32,000 bases of DNA, taken from Methanococcus maripaludis. Lineage in GTDB: Archaea; AGJL01; Methanococci; Methanococcales; Methanococcaceae. Position 1 is the stretch's first letter, and each line of letters opens with the position of its first letter. Location of the stretch: contig NZ_CP026606.1 of NCBI RefSeq assembly GCF_002945325.1, forward strand, positions 390,001 to 422,000, in the 5' to 3' direction. Below the pieces are notes generated by a model that was given only the letters and a program-made list of their open reading frames with translations, did no database searches and had not been told where the DNA came from. The translations under genes and the position numbers were made by a program. Below are positions 8,159 to 16,174 of this stretch, piece after piece.

Positions 8159-9076
8159 GTGAAAAACTTGAACAACAAAAAAATATTTCTCTTTGAATTT
8201 ACGGTTGGAACAGGTCTCGTACCCGATGAACTCCTTGCTGAAGGTAAATTAATGTTTGATATTTTATTAAATCAATTTTTGGATGAGAAATATACTGTTA
8301 AAACAGTCCTGTGTGAAAAAATAGCTAAGAAATATCCAAAATACAATGAAATAAACAATTTAGAAATAATTGTATCTAACAATTACATAAATTCGTTTAA
8401 GGAAGGCCTAAATGATTCAGATTTTGCACTTGCAATTGCTCCAGAAGAAGACCTCATATTATACAATTTAACCGAATTAATCGAAGAAAGCGGTTGTTTA
8501 AATTTAGGTTGCGAAAAATCAGGCGTAAAAATTGCAGGAGACAAATTTCTAACATACGAAGCGATTAAAAATGCAGTAAATACTCCAAAAACATTTCCTG
8601 TTAAAAAATACGTTATCAAAAACAGGCTTGGATGCGACAGTACTCACGACACTTTTGATGAAAACTACATTGTTCAGGAATTTATTGAAGGCGAACCATA
8701 TTCAGTCATTTTTATTGCAAAAAATAAAAAATTTTACCCGGTATGCATGAATAAGCAGTACATTGAAGAGAGATACTGCGGGGGAGAAATAAATATTGAA
8801 CATACCTTAAAAGAAAAAGCAATTATTGAGTGCAAAAAAACCCTTAAAAAAATCGAAGGGATTAATGGATACGTTGGCGTAGATTTAATGATTAAGGGGG
8901 AAGAAATATCAATTCTAGAAGTAAATCCAAGAATTACAACCTCGATCTGCGGAATTAAATCAAAACCATCAATTGGAAAGCTTTTGATAGATAATGCGCT
9001 TGAAAAAGATATAAAATTTGAAGTGGAATCCTGTTTAAAATTTAAAAGAAATGATTTTGGATTTGAATTTTTATAA
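8159..9076 (+). CDS. ATP-grasp ligase (COG1821-like; possible tyramine--L-glutamate ligase MfnD of methanofuran biosynthesis)
   Basis: 305 aa with a GTG start. The N-terminus KIFLFEFTVGTG...LLAEGKLMFDILLNQFL and the C-terminal ATP-grasp core (VIKNRLGCDS, IVQEFIEGEPYSV, GYVGVDLMIKGEEISILEVNPRITTS) fit the small archaeal ATP-grasp family. The ATP-grasp fold is well supported. The MfnD orthology is recalled from family features and has not been aligned. Confidence 0.6.
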   Translation: MKNLNNKKIFLFEFTVGTGLVPDELLAEGKLMFDILLNQFLDEKYTVKTVLCEKIAKKYPKYNEINNLEIIVSNNYINSFKEGLNDSDFALAIAPEEDLILYNLTELIEESGCLNLGCEKSGVKIAGDKFLTYEAIKNAVNTPKTFPVKKYVIKNRLGCDSTHDTFDENYIVQEFIEGEPYSVIFIAKNKKFYPVCMNKQYIEERYCGGEINIEHTLKEKAIIECKKTLKKIEGINGYVGVDLMIKGEEISILEVNPRITTSICGIKSKPSIGKLLIDNALEKDIKFEVESCLKFKRNDFGFEFL

Positions 9077-9140
9077 ATTTTTTTAAATTCTAAAAATTTA
9101 ACTATTTTAAAATACAGATATTTTTTTTGAGGGATAACTC

Positions 9141-9623
9141 ATGAAAACAGTAAACTCTGGAAAATGTCTTTCATTTTTTGTTGGAGAATTTAAATTAGAA
9201 GTTGAGTCTAAAAAGGCTGAAAAAATAGTTTATCTTGGTTCAAGGGGAGTTTGTTTTTCAATGGCCCAACTTTTTGGATATTCAATTAGAGATACCGTAA
9301 AAAATCAGTACTTTATACCTGATGCTGAAATTGAAAATTCTGTAGAATATGAACTTACAGATATTGGATACCGGTTTTTTGGACTCGAAAATAAAAAAAA
9401 TCTAGATAATCCGGATATTTTAGTAATACTGGGCGGAATTGCAACAAAGCATTCAAAAGCCACGATTGAAGAAATAACTGGATTAATTAAGAATTTGAAT
9501 CCCAAAATGGTTATAGGCATAAGTATTTGCAACGTATTTGATAAATCCGGATGGTTAGGAAAAATTAACTTTGATAGCTTAATAGATGGAACTCTTGAAC
9601 CCGTAGTGCTGCTGAAAAAATAA
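9141..9623 (+). CDS. Conserved hypothetical small alpha/beta protein (methanogen-type, function unknown)
   Basis: 160-aa ORF with an SD-like GAGGGA 6 nt upstream of the ATG. Its codon usage resembles that of neighbouring genes. The ILVILGGIATKH...MVIGISICNVF pattern suggests a Rossmann-like sheet. I recognise no catalytic motif. Confidence 0.5.
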   Translation: MKTVNSGKCLSFFVGEFKLEVESKKAEKIVYLGSRGVCFSMAQLFGYSIRDTVKNQYFIPDAEIENSVEYELTDIGYRFFGLENKKNLDNPDILVILGGIATKHSKATIEEITGLIKNLNPKMVIGISICNVFDKSGWLGKINFDSLIDGTLEPVVLLKK

Positions 9624-9774
9624 ATAGGCTTTTTCAATATTTATCCCCGATATAACTGTTTTTAGGAAATTGCCCCGTTAAAATCGTTGTTTTTTTAAAT
9701 ATTCCCGTAATATGTATATATTATTTAAAAAAAAATAATTATATGTCAAAATTAAAATTATGCCGGGGTAAATT

Positions 9775-10065
9775 ATGGGGGCACTATCAGAATATCTTGA
9801 ATTAAAAAATGAATCATACCTTATAAGTGAAGAAGTTTCAAGAGTTTTAAAAGATCGAAAAAGAACCAACTCTGAAAAACGAGAAATTGTAGAGAAATTG
9901 CAAAAGAAATTAAGGTCGAAAAAACAGAAAATTAAGATCTTGCATGATCGAGTAGTTGAATACTACGTGTTTCCAGGAACGCTTATTATTTTAGCGTATT
10001 TAGCGTTTCAATTTTCAGAATACATTACGGAAACGCTGATTGAAATTTTAATGAAATTTATTTAA
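9775..10065 (+). CDS. Small hypothetical protein with a charged helical N-terminus and a single C-terminal TM segment
   Basis: 96 aa. An SD-like GGGGT lies 6 nt upstream of the ATG. A Lys/Arg/Glu-rich segment (RKRTNSEKREIVEKLQKKLRSKKQKIK) is followed by the hydrophobic VFPGTLIILAYLAFQF. Confidence 0.45.
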   Translation: MGALSEYLELKNESYLISEEVSRVLKDRKRTNSEKREIVEKLQKKLRSKKQKIKILHDRVVEYYVFPGTLIILAYLAFQFSEYITETLIEILMKFI

Positions 10066-10124
10066 ATTTTTTTTAAATTCAATTTAAAAATCAGAAAAAA
10101 AGAAATTTTATTTTTTTTAATAAG
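10066..10124. terminator. Bidirectional oligo-T terminator region between convergent genes
   Basis: On the plus strand, a T8 run (10067-10074) follows the TAA at 10063-10065. On the minus strand, the A7 run at 10095-10101 reads as T7 downstream of the 10125 stop. Confidence 0.5.
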
Positions 10125-13100
10125 TTATTCAACAACTTTATGTCCATTTTCTGTCCATTCGACCATGATTGGTCCTTCTGGCAACTCATCCAAAGTTTTA
10201 AAGTATTCTAAAGCAGCTTGTGTTCCAAGTCTATCACTTCCTGCAATATATACAATTGTGTAGCTTTGAACAATTTTTCCAGTGTTGTCTTGAACTTTTA
10301 ATACCTGAATTATTCCTTTATTTTCTCCAGGGTAGTCATTTGAAATTGGCATTTCAAACTGGTCGTTGTATTCTCTAGCAAAGCCGTTTGATAACGGTCC
10401 ACCAACAATTACTGCATTTCCAGAAATTTTGTAACCGTTTGCATTTTGTATTTTTTCTCTTAATTCTTCAGCATATTGCTGATCGATTTCGTTTCCATAT
10501 ATAACAGATGCACTTGAAACGAAGTTTTTAATTACTTTTGATTCGATTTCATCTGAAATGTCTGAATCGTAGCTTCTTCCGCCACTGCCACCGGATGATC
10601 TTGATGTTGCAACGTAGTTTCCAATTTCGTTTCCATTCCACATGTCGATTAATGGGGCAGTATCATTTTCCAAATAATCGATATCATAATAATCTTCACC
10701 ATAGGTTCTTTCATAGTCACATCCGTAAATGTAGTAAGTGTCCCCAATTCCGTTTCCATCCGTATCTGTTCCGCTGTAATCAGACCAGTAGTTTCCAAGG
10801 ATGTTGCTGTAAGTATTTCCATTGTAATTATATTCAATTTCAAAAGGACTTACTAAACTGTTGTTTACAGTTGTGTTTGGCATTATTCCTGAAATATCTG
10901 TCGAATTTCCAGTGTGAATAAAGTTATTTAAGTAAATATTACATCCTGTGATATTATCTCCAATAATAATTGGGTAGTCGTCTGCATAAACCGTATTTTG
11001 GGTGATATTTGAATATCCTTCGCAGTAGTTGTCAAGCCATATTCCCACTTTACTTGCAAGAACGGTATTGTTAAATACTGTTGCATATGCATCTATTCCG
11101 TAATCATAGTCCCCATTAGGGTCAATTGCATAGTAGCTTGCATTTATCACAGTGTTTGAAGAAATTAACGTGTACTGTCCGCGGGTCCAGATATGATCTT
11201 GGACAATGTTTGAAGATATTGTGTTATAGCCCCCCCCTGCTGAGATATGATCTTGGACAATGTTTGAAGATATTGTGTTGTAATTTCCTTTTAGATATAT
11301 CATATAATCTACATTATTGGATGAAATTGAATTATTATCCCCATAACTTTCAATACTATTATCGCCATGAGTTGATTCTGAACCTATAACGTTTGAAGAG
11401 ATATTATTATTGTTTCCATAACTTGCTAGGGCATAATCTACGGCATTGGAATAAATTTTGGAGTCGTATCCCCAGTAAAGAATTAAATATGCAGTGTTAT
11501 TAGAAATTGTATTATTCAATCCCCAAGGGAAATACCTATTAACATACATTGTGGATTTTACAATGTTTGAAGATATTGTGTTGTAATTACCGTTAATTTC
11601 GACATTGTATGCAGTATTTGAAGATACATTTGAATTTGAAGCTTTTATGTAAATACTGCTCAAAGTTATTACATTTTTAACAGTTACGTTTTCAAACATT
11701 TCAGTATTCGAATAAACTGCGTAACTTTCAGAATTAGTTATAAAATGGCCGTTTCCATCAAACGTCACATTGCTTGAATCGATTAAGATACTGCCGCCAT
11801 TTGTTATATTTTCATCTAACACGTAAGTTCCAGGTTTTGTTATTACATATCCATTTTCACTATCAACATCATCCAAAGTTATGTGGATTATTCCATTTTC
11901 ATCCACCATACTAAATGGTTTTGCAAGTGGATATGAATCGTTTACTGAATCTGTTATTATGTAAGGAATACTCCAGATTCCTTCATTAACGTTTGCGTTA
12001 GTTTCGTTGTAGTCGGACCAGTAGTTTCCAGCAATTGTACTGTAAGTTGTTCCATTGTAAGTGTATGAAACATTGAGAGGACTGTTTAATGTAATACTTT
12101 CATTTATACCCCTATTCCAACTACAATTTATAAAATTATTTAAATAAACGTAAGTTCCAGAACAGTTGTAATCAAAAGCCAGCGGTGCTAGAGATACATT
12201 TTCAAAAATATTCTTAAATATTCTTGAATTTGTAAAGTTTACCCCATATCCTGGCACAGCTATTCCTTCAAATTTATTTTTTGAAATAGTAATGTTGTCC
12301 ACATCTAATGCAGAAATTCCGTAAACAAGACTACTTTCTGACACTTTGAAAGTATTTCCTGTAAATTCACAGTTTTCAGAATTGTAAATGGATACGTAAT
12401 TCTCATAAATAATGTTCGGGTTTATTGTACAGTTCTCAACAAAAACTCCTGTTGAATCCGCAATACTAATCGCTATTGCTTTTTCATTAAAGTTTATATT
12501 TGAAATCTGGGCGTTTGTACAGTTTACAAGTATAACCTGTCCTGCATCGCTTGGAATTTCGCCAATATTTTCCATATTTTTATAAAAATAAAGTTTTTTA
12601 CCATTTATAGTATTTCCAGAAAGTGTATTTGAATATATTGAAACGTAGTAACAATGAATTCCTGACGTTAACGCGTTATTTTCAACGGTTAAGTTGTATC
12701 CATCCATATTAATAGAATAATTCGAATTTATGACATTGTTAGCTACCAAACAGTTGTTTGCCCCAATAGAAATTCCCCAGTAATTTAATAAGTTTGTGAT
12801 TGTATTTCCAGTTATTACAGAATTGTTTCCGTCAATTTCTATTCCATTGTAGCCTGCAGTGATTGTATTTCCCGAAATTGTGATATTTTCAGAATTTTCG
12901 TTAATACAAATTCCATCACCAATATTTGATGAGATTGTATTTGCAAAAATTGTAATATCTGCCCCCGTTATATTTATTGCAGAGGCATTTTCACCAGACG
13001 CATATAAATTAACATTTGTAATTGTGATATTTTTGTGACCTGATGCCTGTATTCCGTTATTTGATGTAACATTTAAAAAGTACCCCTGTCCATTCAGCGT

Positions 13101-13340
13101 TACATTGTCTGAATTGATTTCTATTCCACCTAAATTTGTAATATCTTCAGTTAAATTATATATTCCCGGCTCAGATATCATTTTTGCCGTATCGTAATTA
13201 GAATTATTTATATTGTAATCTATTGGAACGGTTTCTGCTGAAACAAAACCAATAAATGAAATTAGTATCGTTAACATTATGAGTTTTTTTAGGGTTGTTA
13301 TAATGATCCCTCCGTTTAGCCATATATTTAAGTTATCCAA
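10125..13340 (-). CDS. Large secreted cell-surface protein with two right-handed parallel beta-helix (NosD/PbH1-like) modules and a C-terminal S-layer-type module
   Basis: 1071 aa. The N-terminus is hydrophobic and signal-like (KKLIMLTILISFIGFVSA/ETV). There are many short Asn/Gly/Ile-rich beta-helix turns (ISGNTITAGYNGIEIDGNNSVITGNTITN and similar). GNYWSDY...D.YPL appears twice. The C-terminus is VIVGGPLSN...IAGSDRLGTQAA. The start is ambiguous between TTG 13340 (track) and the first ATG at 13277. An SD-like GGAGGG sits at 13313-13308. Confidence 0.8.
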   Translation of the reverse strand: MDNLNIWLNGGIIITTLKKLIMLTILISFIGFVSAETVPIDYNINNSNYDTAKMISEPGIYNLTEDITNLGGIEINSDNVTLNGQGYFLNVTSNNGIQASGHKNITITNVNLYASGENASAINITGADITIFANTISSNIGDGICINENSENITISGNTITAGYNGIEIDGNNSVITGNTITNLLNYWGISIGANNCLVANNVINSNYSINMDGYNLTVENNALTSGIHCYYVSIYSNTLSGNTINGKKLYFYKNMENIGEIPSDAGQVILVNCTNAQISNINFNEKAIAISIADSTGVFVENCTINPNIIYENYVSIYNSENCEFTGNTFKVSESSLVYGISALDVDNITISKNKFEGIAVPGYGVNFTNSRIFKNIFENVSLAPLAFDYNCSGTYVYLNNFINCSWNRGINESITLNSPLNVSYTYNGTTYSTIAGNYWSDYNETNANVNEGIWSIPYIITDSVNDSYPLAKPFSMVDENGIIHITLDDVDSENGYVITKPGTYVLDENITNGGSILIDSSNVTFDGNGHFITNSESYAVYSNTEMFENVTVKNVITLSSIYIKASNSNVSSNTAYNVEINGNYNTISSNIVKSTMYVNRYFPWGLNNTISNNTAYLILYWGYDSKIYSNAVDYALASYGNNNNISSNVIGSESTHGDNSIESYGDNNSISSNNVDYMIYLKGNYNTISSNIVQDHISAGGGYNTISSNIVQDHIWTRGQYTLISSNTVINASYYAIDPNGDYDYGIDAYATVFNNTVLASKVGIWLDNYCEGYSNITQNTVYADDYPIIIGDNITGCNIYLNNFIHTGNSTDISGIMPNTTVNNSLVSPFEIEYNYNGNTYSNILGNYWSDYSGTDTDGNGIGDTYYIYGCDYERTYGEDYYDIDYLENDTAPLIDMWNGNEIGNYVATSRSSGGSGGRSYDSDISDEIESKVIKNFVSSASVIYGNEIDQQYAEELREKIQNANGYKISGNAVIVGGPLSNGFAREYNDQFEMPISNDYPGENKGIIQVLKVQDNTGKIVQSYTIVYIAGSDRLGTQAALEYFKTLDELPEGPIMVEWTENGHKVVE
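11189..11279 (-). repeat. Exact 37-bp direct repeat with a 54-bp period inside the beta-helix gene
   Basis: AGATATGATCTTGGACAATGTTTGAAGATATTGTGTT occurs identically at 11189-11225 and 11243-11279. On the coding strand it encodes NTISSNIVQDHI twice. The two copies flank a C8/G8 run at 11230-11237. Confidence 0.95.
11560..11588 (-). repeat. Third dispersed copy (29-bp exact match) of the intragenic repeat
   Basis: ACAATGTTTGAAGATATTGTGTTGTAATT at 11560-11588 is identical to 11257-11285. It encodes NYNTISSNIV. Confidence 0.95.
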
Positions 13341-13538
13341 TTTATTGATGATTATTTATATAATTTTCTTTTTAATGGGGAAATAAAGAGTAATTGATTA
13401 TTTTGATGCCTGTAAAGACTCTTAAAATTAGAATTTAAACAAAAAAATAGATATTGGTGAAATTATAAGGAATAACTTAAGGTAAATCTTTAAGAATTTT
13501 AAAGTGATATTAAAGAGTAGATTACTTTTAAAAGAACT

Positions 13539-13985
13539 ATGGTGTATATTATGAATAAAAAAAGTTCAATTTCTGATGAAAAATTATGCGAATTAATGGA
13601 AATCGTTGAAAAAAGATATGGAAAAGTGCCATACATTATTGAAAAAATGAAAAATAATCCAAAACTTTTGGAATCAAAAATCAACTATGACGAGGCCGTC
13701 GTTGATGATTACAAACATATTGACTCAAAAACCGCCGAATTGATTTCTATTGCAGTTGTTTCCGCTCTTGGATGTGAACACTGCATCGAATTTCATATCG
13801 AAGCTGCTAAAAAAATGGGAATAAGTGAAGAACAAATCATGACTGCGGTTTTAATTGCTGGATCCCTATCTAATGCCGCAGTTCTTTCAAAATCCACCCG
13901 TGCACTCCAAAAAGTAAATAATATACTAAAATACGATGAAAATAGCCTTAGCTGTCCAGAATGCAATATTTCAGGAACAAAATAA
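13539..13985 (+). CDS. Carboxymuconolactone decarboxylase / AhpD-like family protein (CxxC)
   Basis: KTAELISIAVVSALGCEHCIEFHIEAAKKMGISEEQI matches the AhpD-core CxxC motif and helices. ATG 13551 (MNKKSS) is the likely true start. There is an extra C-terminal CPEC pair. Confidence 0.8.
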   Translation: MVYIMNKKSSISDEKLCELMEIVEKRYGKVPYIIEKMKNNPKLLESKINYDEAVVDDYKHIDSKTAELISIAVVSALGCEHCIEFHIEAAKKMGISEEQIMTAVLIAGSLSNAAVLSKSTRALQKVNNILKYDENSLSCPECNISGTK

Positions 13986-13996
13986 ATTTTTATTTT

Positions 13997-14767
13997 TTAC
14001 TTTTTTGAAAATTTTGCATCAACTACAACGTGCCAGACTCCCGGAGAATACTTTTTTATTTTATTAATCTTATATTCATCCAATTTATAGCCGTTCTTTT
14101 CTGCATGGTATTTTAAACGCTCGATCGGGCGGGATTCTAAAATATTTTCGTGAACTGTTTCGTGGTAGTGAATTACTCCACCATCTCTTTTAAGTATTTC
14201 AAAAGCCTTATCCAAAAATTTATGCGTTTTTAAAACATATCCCATCGAAATCCGGTCTGCAACATTTTTCAAAGGAAAATCCCGATTATCTCCAAGAATA
14301 GGAACTACATTGTCCAATTTATTTAATTTTATATTTTCAGAAAGGTAATAATAAGAATCGGGATTTAATTCAAGAGCATAAATTGTTTTAGGGTTTGAAT
14401 ATTTTGCAATTGGAATTGTAAAGTATCCAATCCCTGCAAACATATCAACTACAACTTCCTCACTGCTTGAAAGAGTACTTATTCGTTTTCGCTCTTCTAA
14501 ATTTCCCATACTCCACATTATTTTTGATACATCGATTTTAAAGAGACAGCCATGTTCCTTGTTTACTGTTTCTGTTTCAGATCCATGAAGTACTTTTATT
14601 TTTGGAGTTCTCAAATCTCCCGTGATATATGTATTATATTTTACAATAGTTTTACATTTTGTCTTATTTACTAAATAATCGATTTCGTTATCGTTTAAAT
14701 TCTTTTTAACGATTAAAATGTCGCCTATTTTTTGATACTTTATTTTTTTAAAATCCATGTCATTCAC
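13997..14767 (-). CDS. Trm5/Taw2-family class I SAM-dependent tRNA modification enzyme (size favours Taw2, wyosine-derivative biosynthesis)
   Basis: 256 aa. Met-10+ family motifs are present: VVDMFAGIGYFTIPIAK (SAM-binding) and YALELNPDSYYYLSENIKLN. The short length fits Taw2-type proteins better than the roughly 330-aa Trm5b. Confidence 0.7.
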   Translation of the reverse strand: MNDMDFKKIKYQKIGDILIVKKNLNDNEIDYLVNKTKCKTIVKYNTYITGDLRTPKIKVLHGSETETVNKEHGCLFKIDVSKIMWSMGNLEERKRISTLSSSEEVVVDMFAGIGYFTIPIAKYSNPKTIYALELNPDSYYYLSENIKLNKLDNVVPILGDNRDFPLKNVADRISMGYVLKTHKFLDKAFEILKRDGGVIHYHETVHENILESRPIERLKYHAEKNGYKLDEYKINKIKKYSPGVWHVVVDAKFSKK

Positions 14768-14819
14768 GTAAATTATAATTAATTATTAATCTAAATTTAA
14801 AAATTAAAAAGAGAAATAC

Positions 14820-15338
14820 TTATTTTCCAAGCGCTTCTGCAATTTTTAATCCAAATTCTTTTGCTGCGTCGGGATTTCGTCCAGTAATTATGTTTCCATC
14901 TAAAATTACAGCTTCATCAAGATAAATTGCCCCATTTTGCTGTAAAACTTCAATAGATTCGTCATCAGGGAACACTGTTGCTTTTTTACCAGCCAATAGT
15001 CCCGCCTGTGCAAGAACTGCTGGTGAAATACAGATTGCAGCAGTAATTTTTCCCATGGCATTAAATTCTTTTAAAAGTTCAAGTAATTTTTCGTTGTTCC
15101 AGAGGTAATCTCTTGAACCCCCTCCACCAACAATAACTATTGCATCGAAATCATCTGGATTTACTTCCCCAATTGTTTTTGTCGTGGTCATTACTCTACC
15201 CAATACGCCTTTGTGCTGTCCCGTTGTTGTTGAAACTACCTGTGTAGCGATATTTTTACTTTGAAATACCTGTAAAGGTTCAAAAAGTTCTTCATCCCTA
15301 AATTTTTCTGGCGCAATAACCATTACAATAGCCACCAA
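14820..15338 (-). CDS. DJ-1/PfpI family protein
   Basis: 172 aa. Contains FDAIVIVGGGG and the nucleophile-elbow Cys in ITAAICISPAVLAQAG. GTG start at 15338 with a strong SD-like AGGAGGG 7 nt upstream. Confidence 0.85.
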   Translation of the reverse strand: MVAIVMVIAPEKFRDEELFEPLQVFQSKNIATQVVSTTTGQHKGVLGRVMTTTKTIGEVNPDDFDAIVIVGGGGSRDYLWNNEKLLELLKEFNAMGKITAAICISPAVLAQAGLLAGKKATVFPDDESIEVLQQNGAIYLDEAVILDGNIITGRNPDAAKEFGLKIAEALGK

Positions 15339-15453
15339 AATCCCTCCTTTTCACTTCAATATCTAAACATATATACCTTAATTTATAAAAACGTAAATAA
15401 TGTAAATTCAGTCTACGATTAAACATAACAATTCTTAAATTATTTGTGAAAAA

Positions 15454-15750
15454 ATGAGCAATAATTCAGTAAAAGCAGATTATAAAAAATTAATGATTTC
15501 CATCGTATTAGATATTGTTGGTATGGCTACATATTTAATCCCAGGACTTGGAGAATCAGGCGATTTTGTTTGGGCTCCAATATACGCATTAATTATTAGA
15601 AACTTGTACCATTCATCAATTTTAGGATTTTTTGGTGGATTTGAAGAACTTTTGATTGGAACAGACATAATTCCATCTGCTACAATCCTGTGGATACTCG
15701 AAACGTTTGGAATTATTAAAAATAAGGAATTTCAAGAAAATTACAAATAA
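15454..15750 (+). CDS. Small integral membrane protein (hypothetical)
   Basis: 98 aa with two or three hydrophobic segments (ISIVLDIVGMATYLIPGL, VWAPIYALIIRNL, IIPSATILWILETFGII). It sits tightly upstream of the next two plus-strand genes. Confidence 0.5.
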   Translation: MSNNSVKADYKKLMISIVLDIVGMATYLIPGLGESGDFVWAPIYALIIRNLYHSSILGFFGGFEELLIGTDIIPSATILWILETFGIIKNKEFQENYK

Positions 15751-15759
15751 AGGGAGATA

Positions 15760-16173
15760 ATGGATACCGTTTTTAAATATATAGATGAAAATTACCAGAA
15801 CCTCAAAAATAATAAGCTAAAGATTGCAGAACTTGGAATAGGATTTTATTTTAACAATGCCCAAAAATTAAAAGATTCAGGCTTTGACGTGATCGTTATA
15901 GATATAAACAAAAATTCAGTTTTAGATGCAAAAAATAATGGATTAAATGCATTTTACGATGATTTATTTGAGCCAAATTTTGAAATTTACAAAAATATTG
16001 GATTAATCTACTCGTTTAGACCTCCAAGAGATCTTCAACCATTTATTTTAAAAATTGCCAAAAAATTAAACTGTGATTTAATTATAAAAGCCCTCAGCGG
16101 TGAAGAGCCAATTGAAGAGTTAAAACTCGTAAATTATCAGGGAAAACCAATTTACGTTTGGAAAGGGGATTAA
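15760..16173 (+). CDS. UPF0146 family protein (methyltransferase-like Rossmann fold)
   Basis: 137 aa. KIAELGIGFYFNNAQKLKDSGFDVIVIDINKNSV...YDDLFEPNFEIYKNIGLIYSFRPPRDLQ matches my memory of the archaeal UPF0146 pattern. Confidence 0.7.
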   Translation: MDTVFKYIDENYQNLKNNKLKIAELGIGFYFNNAQKLKDSGFDVIVIDINKNSVLDAKNNGLNAFYDDLFEPNFEIYKNIGLIYSFRPPRDLQPFILKIAKKLNCDLIIKALSGEEPIEELKLVNYQGKPIYVWKGD

Positions 16174-16174
16174 A

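Noticed and set aside
9305-9869. Minus-strand ORFs 9305-9637 (110 aa) and 9678-9869 (63 aa)
   Set aside because: The first is antisense to the 9141-9623 CDS. The second spans the promoter and 5' end of the 9775 ORF. Neither has an SD or a recognisable motif.
10538-10921. 127-aa plus-strand ORF (plus 10649-10843 minus and 11126-11389 plus) inside the beta-helix gene
   Set aside because: These are antisense or out-of-frame shadows of a long, repetitive, well-supported CDS. Their His/Cys/Phe/Leu-rich composition is typical of AT-rich antisense frames.
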